The notes under the pieces are model-generated. The model was not told the origin of the DNA and searched no databases. It was given only the letters and a program-made list of their open reading frames with translations. From Ruminococcus flavefaciens (GTDB taxonomy: Bacteria > Bacillota > Clostridia > Oscillospirales > Ruminococcaceae), in the NCBI GenBank assembly GCA_902796065.1, contig CADBNS010000059.1:1-40982 (forward strand): a stretch of DNA of 40,982 nucleotides, given 5' to 3'. The position numbers and the translations under genes are program-made. Below, one piece after another: positions 7,129 to 14,881 of this stretch (positions are counted from its first letter, which is position 1; each line of letters begins with the position of its first letter).

Positions 7129-8925
7129 ATGAACAAGAAGATGTTTTCTGCACTGGTCTCAGCTGTTATGCTGGGAAGCATCGGTGCTAATACTGCATAC
7201 GCTGTTGAGACAGCTCCCGAAAAGACCTACAACTACGTCGCTCTGGGCGACAGTATTGCAGCCGGATTCGGTCTTGCCGGCGGAAATATCGCTGAGGACC
7301 CCGCTCTGGTCATCACTGAGGAGCTTCTGGCTAATCCCGTTAAGGGCGCTTACCCTTACGTTTTCACTGAGAAGCTCAAAGAATTCGCTAAAGACAGAGG
7401 TTATTCCGTAAGAGGCACTAACCTTGCCTCTACCGCTTACCGCGCTGAGGATATTGAGAATACTATCCGTATCCCCGGCAATAAGGGTCAGTTCGCTTCA
7501 ACTATCCTTGATACCTATCTTGGTGAGGGCGCAAGTGAGGCTCTTACTCCGTATCACGACTACTACACAAAGTATCTCTCTGAGGCTGACCTCGTTAGTA
7601 TACAGCTGGGCGGAAATGACATCATCATGAGCGTTGTTCCGAAAATGGTGTTCGGTGAGAATCCCGTCCTCAGAGCTGCCGGTACTGCTCTCATGCTCAC
7701 TCTCTTCGGTATGGATTCCGATACTGCTCTTGCAGGCGGTATGCAGGTGATCGCTGAGAATAAGGACACTATCACTACCGATGACTTCATTGAGGCTGCA
7801 AGCTTCATGTATAACGTGAGCCAGTCTGCTGATGAGCTCGTTAGCCAGTCCGCTGAACACGTTAAGGGTGTTGTGGAGGCTGTCAAGGAGGTCAACGGTG
7901 ATGCCGACATCGCTCTTATCGGTATGTTCAACCCATACAGAACTGAATCTTCCATTCAGATGTCCGACGATGTACTTGATGTTCTGGGTCAGATCTATAA
8001 CAAGGCTGCCGATGCTGCCGCTGATACTGAGAATATGCTCAATGCTGCCGGTCAGCAGTCCAAGGCATACATCGATACCCTCAGCGCTAAGGTAGACAAG
8101 ATCAATGCTTTGAAGGTCGTTCTGGATTCCTACGGCGACAGCGCTGAGCTGAATGCACTCATGGCTGCTCTTGCTCAGTGCGATGACCTTGCTGAGCTGG
8201 CTGAGCTGATAGCCGGTCTTTCTGACAGCACAGATCCCGCTGTACAGGCTGTTGTAAGCCTTCTTAACGACTACGACGATATTGAGGAGCTGAAAACTGC
8301 CCTCAGCATCGTTAACAACTACGATGACATCGGCGACCTTGAAGGTCTGCTGAGTATGATGGCTAAGTACCGTACAGCAAACGATTCTGCTTCTGCTAAG
8401 GCTATGGCTGCTGAGCTGGCTGGTCCTATGGCTATGACAATGGCTGGCAAGAACGTTGGTCCGCAGATGCAGCACCTCAACTCATGGCTGAAAGATATAG
8501 CTGAGGATACAGGCGCTACTTACATCGATGTTTACAATATCTCTCCCGAGGACGACTTCGACCCTCACCCGAATCTTAACGGTCATAAGGAGATCGCTGA
8601 CCTGCTGTTCGACGGCACAAAGTCTATCTTCGACGTTAAGATGCCTGCACCTGCTACTGAGCCGGAACAGCCTTCCGTTGAGCCGGAGCCTGTTACTAAG
8701 GTAAGACCTGTGGGTGATCTGGACGGTGATGGCATCATCACAAGAGCCGATGTTGCTCTGCTTACTGCTCACGTTGTGGGTCTTCGTCCACTGACTGCCG
8801 ATCAGCTTGATTACGCTGACATCGACAGAAGCGGAAAGGCGGATATGCTTGACGTTCTCATGCTCTCTACCTACGTTACCTATGACATTCACAGACAGTA
8901 TTTCGATGCTTACATCAGACAGTAA
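7129..8925 (+). CDS. Secreted SGNH/GDSL hydrolase with helical insert and C-terminal dockerin
   Basis: Signal peptide (MNKK...AYA). Block I YVALGDSIAAG, block III IQLGGND, block V DPHPN. Pro/Glu linker, then duplicated Ca-binding loops GDLDGDGIITRAD and ADIDRSGKADMLD. Starts 2 bp after the ligase stop. Confidence 0.88.
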   Translation: MNKKMFSALVSAVMLGSIGANTAYAVETAPEKTYNYVALGDSIAAGFGLAGGNIAEDPALVITEELLANPVKGAYPYVFTEKLKEFAKDRGYSVRGTNLASTAYRAEDIENTIRIPGNKGQFASTILDTYLGEGASEALTPYHDYYTKYLSEADLVSIQLGGNDIIMSVVPKMVFGENPVLRAAGTALMLTLFGMDSDTALAGGMQVIAENKDTITTDDFIEAASFMYNVSQSADELVSQSAEHVKGVVEAVKEVNGDADIALIGMFNPYRTESSIQMSDDVLDVLGQIYNKAADAAADTENMLNAAGQQSKAYIDTLSAKVDKINALKVVLDSYGDSAELNALMAALAQCDDLAELAELIAGLSDSTDPAVQAVVSLLNDYDDIEELKTALSIVNNYDDIGDLEGLLSMMAKYRTANDSASAKAMAAELAGPMAMTMAGKNVGPQMQHLNSWLKDIAEDTGATYIDVYNISPEDDFDPHPNLNGHKEIADLLFDGTKSIFDVKMPAPATEPEQPSVEPEPVTKVRPVGDLDGDGIITRADVALLTAHVVGLRPLTADQLDYADIDRSGKADMLDVLMLSTYVTYDIHRQYFDAYIRQ

Positions 8926-8946
8926 TTTACTGAATATCGCAACTTC

Positions 8947-8974
8947 AGGGAGCTGCTTCGTGCTGCTCCCTTTT
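8947..8974 (+). terminator. Intrinsic terminator of the ligase/SGNH operon
   Basis: AGGGAGC...GCTCCCT stem followed by TTTT. Confidence 0.75.
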
Positions 8975-9030
8975 GTTGTATGCCGACTGCGTGAGGATGT
9001 GGGAGCCTTTACGCTCATTCGCCATAATAA

Positions 9031-9115
9031 GAACCTGTCCACATAGGGATTCATGCACGTCTTTTCGTCAAATTTTGCCTGAAAATCCGTACATTCATCC
9101 TATGTGGACAGGTTC
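9031..9115. mobile_element. 85-bp palindromic MITE/REP-like element with perfect 17-bp terminal inverted repeats
   Basis: GAACCTGTCCACATAGG (9031-9047) and CCTATGTGGACAGGTTC (9099-9115). The interior is an imperfect palindrome, and the same end occurs at 797-813. Confidence 0.65.
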
Positions 9116-9284
9116 AAAAAAAGCCCCTCCATCAGGAAGGACGAATATCAACCTGCGAAAAGGGAACTGCCTCTGTGAAATGATACAGATACAAAAATCG
9201 CGTCCCAGTTTCTACTGAAACGCGAATTACCGCAGGTACTACCTGCTGTGCATGTGTTACAATTCAGATACAGCTTCATGCGCG

Positions 9285-9322
9285 AAAAAAAATTCGCGGA
9301 TCAGAAAAACTGAACCGCGAAA
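9285..9322 (-). terminator. Terminator of the tRNA-Thr transcript
   Basis: TTCGCGGATCAG-AAAAA-CTGAACCGCGAA stem with an A-run on the plus strand (U-tract on minus). Confidence 0.7.
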
Positions 9323-9343
9323 CTGTACGCACCCACTCGGCGC

Positions 9344-9419
9344 TGGAGCTGATGATCGGACTTGAACCGACGACCTACGCCTTACCAAGGCGTTGCGCTA
9401 CCGACTGTGCCACATCAGC
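9344..9419 (-). tRNA. tRNA-Thr (anticodon GGT)
   Basis: Reverse complement GCTGATGTGGCACAGTCGGTAGCGCAACGCC-TTGGTAA-GGCGTAGGTCGTCGGTTCAAGTCCGATCATCAGCTCCA: 76 nt, cloverleaf, TTC loop, encoded CCA. Confidence 0.97.
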
Positions 9420-9434
9420 ATTTCAACGTAATAT

Positions 9435-9463
9435 ATTATACTACAGTTGGAGAAAAAAGTCAA
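9435..9463 (-). promoter_or_regulatory. Sigma-A promoter of tRNA-Thr
   Basis: Minus strand TTGACT-17 bp-TATAAT. Confidence 0.8.
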
Positions 9464-9506
9464 TAGGGAAACGATATATTTTAATAATTTAATATAATAG
9501 CTGCCC

Positions 9507-9535
9507 TTGACAAATAGGTGGAGATGTATTATAAT
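9507..9535 (+). promoter_or_regulatory. Consensus sigma-A promoter of the T-box/tyrS transcript
   Basis: TTGACA (9507-9512), 17 bp, TATAAT (9530-9535). Confidence 0.88.
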
Positions 9536-9540
9536 AGAAG

Positions 9541-9773
9541 AAAACAGTGAACGAATCAAGCCTGAGTACGGCGCTTTCAGAGATTTTCCGGTTGGTGTGA
9601 GGAAAAATCGCGGCTCAGGAACCTACATTCGGGAGTTGCCCCTCTGAACTGCAAGTAGGTGGGGACGGGTGTGCCCGTTACAGCTCAATGAGGTCCGGAA
9701 ACTCCGGATAAACCGGGGTGGTACCACGAATTATTCGTCCTCGGGCAGCACAGGCTGTCCGGGGGTTTTTTTT
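9541..9773 (+). ncRNA. Tyr-specific T-box riboswitch (transcriptional attenuator)
   Basis: AG box TCAGAGA, distal GGTGTGA, specifier GAA-CC-TAC (TAC 9624-9626 = Tyr), T-box GGGGTGGTACCACG (9715-9728), and a GC stem plus T8 terminator (9738-9773); lies upstream of tyrS. Confidence 0.93.
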
Positions 9774-9837
9774 ATTGAAGGGTCGTGATAGACATGAGAT
9801 CGCCCGACGATTTCATTGCTTATGGATACGGCGGTGG

Positions 9838-10014
9838 ATGCCTGCGAAGAAGGCATTGCCCTACATCTGCTTTTCAGTATCTTTCCTGCTGATAGCTGCC
9901 AGGTGGGTACTTGAACGCAAGACTGGTCTGGTCGTGATATACCTGCTGCTGGCAGCTGTTGAGGCTGGTATTGCAATTTACGTTAAAAAACATGAAGATA
10001 AAAAGGAGAAATAA
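9838..10014 (+). CDS. Small membrane protein (two hydrophobic helices, charged tail); true start uncertain, possibly frameshifted from ATG 9794
   Basis: [20 protein letters not shown] and [21 protein letters not shown], then KKHEDKKEK; its 3' end carries the tyrS RBS (AGGAG). Confidence 0.5.
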   Translation: MPAKKALPYICFSVSFLLIAARWVLERKTGLVVIYLLLAAVEAGIAIYVKKHEDKKEK

Positions 10015-10016
10015 TA

Positions 10017-11234
10017 ATGACTACATTTGAAGAACTCAAAAGAAGAGGTCTGCTGGCTCAGCTCACAGACGAAAAGGAGATAGAGGAGCTTGTTAACGCC
10101 GGCAAGGCTACTTTCTACATCGGCTTCGACCCGACTGCCGATTCCCTTCACGTCGGACACTTCATGGCTCTGTGCCTGATGAAGAGACTGCAAATGGCTG
10201 GAAACAAGCCGATCGTTCTCATTGGCGGCGGTACTGCCATGATCGGAGACCCCTCCGGCAAGACTGATATGAGAAAAATGATGACCCCTGAGACTATCCA
10301 GCATAACGTTGACTGTTTCAAGAAGCAGATGAGCCGTTTTATCGACTTCTCTGAGGATAAGGCTATCATTGTCAACAATGCTGACTGGCTCATGAAGCTC
10401 AATTACATCGAACTCCTCCGCGATGTCGGAGCGCATTTCAGCGTAAACCGTATGCTCTCCCATGAGTGCTACAAGCAGAGAATGGAGCGTGGACTGACCT
10501 TCCTGGAGTTCAACTACATGATAATGCAGAGTTACGATTTCCTTGAACTGTTCCAGAAATACGGCTGTAATATGCAGTTTGGCGGAGACGACCAGTGGGC
10601 GAATATGCTTGGCGGTACAGAGCTGATACGCCGCAAGCTGGGTAAGGATGCTTACGCTATGACTATCACCCTGCTGCTTAACAGTGAGGGAAAGAAAATG
10701 GGCAAGACAGAAAAGGGAGCAGTATGGCTTGATCCTGAAAAGACCACACCGTATGAGTTCTTCCAGTACTGGAGAAACGTGGACGATGCAGACGTTATCA
10801 AGTGTCTGAAAATGCTGACATTCGTGCCTGTAGAGCAGATCGAAGAAATGGAAAAGACCATGGAGGGTGCGCAGTTCAATGCGGCTAAGGAGCTTCTTGC
10901 GTATGAGCTTACCAAGCTGGTACATGGTGAAGAGGAAGCAGAGAAGGCAAAGGCTGCGGCAAAGGCAATATTTGGCGGCGGCGGATCCAGTGAGAATATG
11001 CCGACAGCTGAGATAGACAGTGCTGAGCTGACAGACGGAGCAATGGGAATCCTGAACATACTGGTAAAGGCAGAGCTTGCACCGTCAATATCTGAGGCAA
11101 GGAGACTTGTACAGCAGGGCGGAATCACGGTAAATGATGAGAAGGTAAGCGACCCGAAGGCGATGATAAAGCTGGAAGGTGAGACAGTAGTCCGCAAGGG
11201 CAAGAAGGCATTCAAGAAGGTCATAGTCAAGTGA
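10017..11234 (+). CDS. tyrS: Tyrosine--tRNA ligase
   Basis: [15 protein letters not shown] (HIGH), [15 protein letters not shown] (KMSKS) and C-terminal S4 domain; upstream Tyr T-box. Confidence 0.98.
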   Translation: MTTFEELKRRGLLAQLTDEKEIEELVNAGKATFYIGFDPTADSLHVGHFMALCLMKRLQMAGNKPIVLIGGGTAMIGDPSGKTDMRKMMTPETIQHNVDCFKKQMSRFIDFSEDKAIIVNNADWLMKLNYIELLRDVGAHFSVNRMLSHECYKQRMERGLTFLEFNYMIMQSYDFLELFQKYGCNMQFGGDDQWANMLGGTELIRRKLGKDAYAMTITLLLNSEGKKMGKTEKGAVWLDPEKTTPYEFFQYWRNVDDADVIKCLKMLTFVPVEQIEEMEKTMEGAQFNAAKELLAYELTKLVHGEEEAEKAKAAAKAIFGGGGSSENMPTAEIDSAELTDGAMGILNILVKAELAPSISEARRLVQQGGITVNDEKVSDPKAMIKLEGETVVRKGKKAFKKVIVK

Positions 11235-11243
11235 CTGTAAAAG

Positions 11244-11275
11244 AAGAGGGACGGCATGAGCGCCGTCCCTTTTTA
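11244..11275 (+). terminator. Intrinsic terminator after tyrS
   Basis: AGGGACGGC-ATGAGC-GCCGTCCCT followed by TTTT. Confidence 0.85.
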
Positions 11276-11345
11276 TTATGAGTATGAGAGGTAGCCGTAG
11301 GCAGTAATGCCCGGCATATCATTGATGCGTTACGCGAAAGCGGAT

Positions 11346-12377
11346 TCAACTTCTGTAGCACAGATACATTCTTTCACTCCAGTTGAACCGGACGCCGATA
11401 ACATCATCGCCATATCCTTCAACATCAAAAATATCTGCCCTTATCTCATCATCGCCGATCGTCAGCGAATCCAGCAGCGGACCCACAGCACTGTCCGGAA
11501 CATTACTCTGCACATCGGTAGTCCACCAGCCTCCGTACCAGAACTCCTCAACATAGTCCCTGTGTGCAGGGATATGCACAGTTGTAGTTGCCGGAACAGT
11601 AGCTATTTCTGTGTCAGGAGGAACAGCGGAAGAGCGCGGAACAGTAGCGGTAGAATGAGCGACGGTAGCATCACCGGTAACCGGAATATGAGGTACTGTT
11701 GACGACCGCCGTGTAGTTGGTGGAGCTTCAGGCTCTTTAGTAGTCCTTGTAGTGGGAGCCTCAGTGCGGGGAAGTGAAGGAACGGCAGTTACGATCACCG
11801 GATCGCGGCTTACTGTAGTAGTCGGCAGTTCATTTTTAGCAGTAGTGGTCATTGTCGGAGCCGAAGTCAGCGGCGGAGCAATGGTAGTAGGTGGTACAGG
11901 AGCCGTAACAGCGGCGGTCGTAGTCCTCACAGCAGTTGCAGGTGCAGAGGAGGAAGAAGCCGGACGGTGTGTCTGAGAAGGAGTGATAACTGGAGCATCA
12001 GCGGTAGTACGTGCAGAAGCCGGAGCAGTAGTGTGAGCAGTCACAGGCTGAGTAGCGGCAAATGCAGCAGTCACGGTGTATGAAGCAGTTGAAGCGGAAG
12101 ACTGAGTAACAGCGGCAGTAGTGACAGCCTGAGTTGAAAACGGCTCAGTAACAGCAGCAGTAGGGTAATCGGTTACCACTGGGTACTTATGAGGATCGGG
12201 ACGCATATTTTCGATAAGGTCGTCATTCCAGAGGGCGAAGCCGAAGAGGACGACAGCCGCAGTACCCACAGAAGCGGACACGGTTTTAAGGAGCATCGCA
12301 CGGCGGCGTTTTTTTTGTTCCAGGAAAGCATTTCTGCGTCTGATGACGTTATCCGCCATATCCTTATGTGACCTCAT
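11346..12377 (-). CDS. Putative anti-sigma factor: short basic N-terminus, one TM helix, long Thr/Pro/Ala-rich linker, small C-terminal extracellular domain
   Basis: Overlaps the ECF sigma stop by 14 bp; TM segment VSASVGTAAVVLFGFALW; about 200-aa T/A/P-rich region; aromatic-rich C-terminal ~70 aa. Confidence 0.7.
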   Translation of the reverse strand: MRSHKDMADNVIRRRNAFLEQKKRRRAMLLKTVSASVGTAAVVLFGFALWNDDLIENMRPDPHKYPVVTDYPTAAVTEPFSTQAVTTAAVTQSSASTASYTVTAAFAATQPVTAHTTAPASARTTADAPVITPSQTHRPASSSSAPATAVRTTTAAVTAPVPPTTIAPPLTSAPTMTTTAKNELPTTTVSRDPVIVTAVPSLPRTEAPTTRTTKEPEAPPTTRRSSTVPHIPVTGDATVAHSTATVPRSSAVPPDTEIATVPATTTVHIPAHRDYVEEFWYGGWWTTDVQSNVPDSAVGPLLDSLTIGDDEIRADIFDVEGYGDDVIGVRFNWSERMYLCYRS

Positions 12378-12918
12378 AGCTGAATCCCTCCTTTTCCAGT
12401 TGTTTTCTGAGAGAAGCCTTAGCCCGGAAGAGAAGATTGCTTACCTGCTTGGCTGATCTGTCCATGATACGTGCAGTCTGAGCGGTATCGAAGTTTTCAA
12501 AGTAGAAGAGGTGGAGCACCTGTCTGTAGTCATCGGGCAGCTTTTCGATAGCGCGGTGGAGAAGTATCATCTGTTCCTTGCGAATGTAGGACTGTTCAAG
12601 GTCAGTTTCATCTGAAAGTGTCCTGTAGTCCTCCACGGGAGTGCCTGAGAAGCGGCTGTTTCTGCGGAGCCAGTCCATAGCGGCATTGCGACCGATAGCG
12701 TACAGCCATGTTTTGAAGGCAGACCTTGCGAAGAAAGGCGGTTTATTCACAGAAATGCGGAAGAACGCCTCTTCGGTGAGTTCCTCAGCAAGGGAAATGT
12801 CATGAACAATGCTGTTAAGGTAAAGGGTCAGACCGTCCGCGAACATATCCATAAGTTCGACCAGAGCGGAATCGTCGCCGCTGCGGTAGCGGTCGTAACA
12901 TTGCCTGCCGTAGTCCAT
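12364..12918 (-). CDS. ECF RNA polymerase sigma-70 factor
   Basis: Region 2 AEELTEEAF...FKTWLYAIGRNAAMDWLR and region 4 LPDDYRQVLHLFYFE...ARIMDRSAKQVSNLLFRAKASLR. Confidence 0.93.
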   Translation of the reverse strand: MDYGRQCYDRYRSGDDSALVELMDMFADGLTLYLNSIVHDISLAEELTEEAFFRISVNKPPFFARSAFKTWLYAIGRNAAMDWLRRNSRFSGTPVEDYRTLSDETDLEQSYIRKEQMILLHRAIEKLPDDYRQVLHLFYFENFDTAQTARIMDRSAKQVSNLLFRAKASLRKQLEKEGFSYEVT

Positions 12919-12941
12919 AGGCAGCTCCTTTCTTCTTGAAT

Positions 12942-12972
12942 ATTAGACGCATGAGACAGCAGAAATACTCAC
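12942..12972 (-). promoter_or_regulatory. Candidate autoregulatory ECF promoter
   Basis: Minus strand GTGAGTAT-15 nt-CGTCTAAT just upstream of the AAGGAG RBS. A CGT-containing -10 is typical of ECF promoters, and no sigma-A consensus is present in the gap. Confidence 0.45.
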
Positions 12973-13003
12973 ACCGCGGAAAAATAATTATATGTTAACC
13001 AAA

Positions 13004-14326
13004 TCAGCTGCTTTTGCGGAAGTTATTGTCGGTGAATATCCTTGCGAAGATAAGACCCAGCGGCAGAGCAAGGACGATAAGGAAGGCTTTGGTGAGCCAC
13101 AGGCCGCCTGTATCGATGTCATTGAGGCCGATGTAGTAGATGCCCTTATACATGAACATACCCGGCACCATAATGACGATAGAGGGTACCGTGAGGGTGA
13201 TACGCGGCCAGCCGATGAGTTTTTTGATAGCGGAAGCCAGAAGTCCGGCGCAGAGGGCACCGATGAAGGCAGCCACGCTGACGGGTATAGAGGTGAAGTC
13301 GATGAGCTCCAGTCTGAGGGTATTTGTGACCATGCCGATAAGACCGGCAGTAAAGGCGATATGACGGGGACTGTTGAACATGAGGGAGAAGCCGTACACA
13401 CCGCAGAATGAGGTAACAAGTCTCAGCAGCAGGAGGGTGAGTGGAGAGAGCTCCAGTGCAGGGAAGTCAGCGGGAGCGAAGCGGAAGAGGATAGCAGTGA
13501 CCCAGCCGGTCATAGTAGCCATAGTGATGATGATTATGGCGTATGTGATACGTTCCAGACCGGAGCGCAGGTCCAGCTTGGCGAGGTCGATGCCGCCGGT
13601 GATAAGAGGGAAACCGGGGATAACGAAGAGCATGGAGCAGATATATCCGGCCTGATGGATCTCACCGGCACCGGTTAGCAGTTCAGCCAGTTTCACGCAC
13701 AGCATATACGTACAGCAGGCGGAAGCGACACCCACAGTTACATTAGCCAGCAGGGTGATATGTTTTTCCAGCATTTTCTTGCGGACGAAGTTGCCGACAC
13801 CTGCGCCGAAGAAAGCGCAAATCATTTCGATGATACCGCCGCCCAGCAGGAAGGTGAAAGCACAGCAGGCAAGAGCCGAAGCCAGCCCCAGATTGAGAGC
13901 CTTGTAGTTACCGGGCATATCCTGTATCTTGTCAAGGATCATGTGGAACTGCTCTGCGGAGTATTTTCCGGCACGTTCAGCGAAGCCGTCGGTGAAGGAT
14001 TCCATAGCGTTGATCTTGTCGGTATTGACGCCGGTGGTATTCAGTGAGATAGCGTTGGTATATGTCTCACCGTTTTCAAGGCAGGTAAACTCAATGGACA
14101 GCAGACCGATGTCGGCATTGCAGCCGATATTGAGGGCGCGGGCGATCTTGTTCATAGAAGCTCTCACGCGCCACGCACCGGTACCGGAGCCAAGCATCAT
14201 CAGTCCCACACGGCCCACAAGGGAAGCCTTTTCTTTCAGAGTAGCACTCACAGCCGGCACGGAGCTTTCGCTGTCGATGATGTCATGCCAGTGTATGGTC
14301 ATGTGCTGTTTGCGGAAATTACTCAT
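13004..14326 (-). CDS. Threonine/serine exporter family protein (ThrE, fused ThrE/ThrE_2)
   Basis: GLMMLGSGTGAWRVRASM, GVNTDK, FVIPGFPLITGGIDLA and VPSIVIMVPG motifs; about 10 TM segments. Confidence 0.88.
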   Translation of the reverse strand: MSNFRKQHMTIHWHDIIDSESSVPAVSATLKEKASLVGRVGLMMLGSGTGAWRVRASMNKIARALNIGCNADIGLLSIEFTCLENGETYTNAISLNTTGVNTDKINAMESFTDGFAERAGKYSAEQFHMILDKIQDMPGNYKALNLGLASALACCAFTFLLGGGIIEMICAFFGAGVGNFVRKKMLEKHITLLANVTVGVASACCTYMLCVKLAELLTGAGEIHQAGYICSMLFVIPGFPLITGGIDLAKLDLRSGLERITYAIIIITMATMTGWVTAILFRFAPADFPALELSPLTLLLLRLVTSFCGVYGFSLMFNSPRHIAFTAGLIGMVTNTLRLELIDFTSIPVSVAAFIGALCAGLLASAIKKLIGWPRITLTVPSIVIMVPGMFMYKGIYYIGLNDIDTGGLWLTKAFLIVLALPLGLIFARIFTDNNFRKSS

Positions 14327-14429
14327 TTACATCTCTCCAATTGCAAAAAATAGTATTTGAAAAATTTATCACAGAAGCAAAGCAATATGATAAAACTGCC
14401 CGATATGCATATCTGCAAGGGCATTTTCA

Positions 14430-14458
14430 ATTATATCATAGAAAAATGTCTTTTGCAA
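14430..14458 (-). promoter_or_regulatory. Extended -10 sigma-A promoter of the ThrE gene
   Basis: Minus strand TTGCAA-17 bp-TATAAT with a TG motif. Confidence 0.65.
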
Positions 14459-14557
14459 GCGATCAGATACGAATGTATAATATGTAATATAAATTTTAAG
14501 CTTGTTTTAAGAATAGTGCTTATAATTATATACGGACAATGAATTGGAGGGGATGAA

Positions 14558-14824
14558 ATGATCAGAAGTGCGAGATCATTTGTCACCGCAGCCGTATTGT
14601 CAGCGATACTTTTATTAGTCCCTGCTAAACTGCCAATAGGTCAGGCTGCATACGCAGCAAATGAGGATCAGACGCCGGCATACGCCGAAGAGTTATCAGA
14701 GACAGATGTCGTAGTCAGAGCCGATGACCACAAGCAGGAGCTGACACTGGTATTCATCATAGGAATATGTCTGTTTGCCGCAGGAGTAGGCGGACATACT
14801 ATCATGAAGAAGCTGAACGGCTGA
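14558..14824 (+). CDS. Small exported, C-terminally anchored hypothetical protein
   Basis: GGAGG RBS; signal peptide ending AAYA; acidic spacer; C-terminal hydrophobic helix and basic tail. Confidence 0.7.
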   Translation: MIRSARSFVTAAVLSAILLLVPAKLPIGQAAYAANEDQTPAYAEELSETDVVVRADDHKQELTLVFIIGICLFAAGVGGHTIMKKLNG

Positions 14825-14827
14825 GCG

Positions 14828-14870
14828 AAAAAAGCAGCGGAGCATCAAAGAGATGTTCCGCTGCTTTTTT
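14828..14870. terminator. Bidirectional intrinsic terminator
   Basis: AAAAAAGCAGCGGAGCATC...GATGTTCCGCTGCTTTTTT between convergent genes. Confidence 0.88.
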
Positions 14871-14881
14871 ATTTGGTCCAG

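Noticed and set aside
8973-9218. 81-codon ORF across the MITE-like element
   Set aside because: No RBS, no transposase motifs, and it crosses the palindrome.
4450-9419. Possible genomic island integrated at tRNA-Thr
   Set aside because: No integrase, and I saw no duplicated tRNA 3' end (att site) in the window.
9718-9837. GTG start at 9718 for the small membrane ORF
   Set aside because: It lies inside the T-box antiterminator/terminator, so it is an implausible start.
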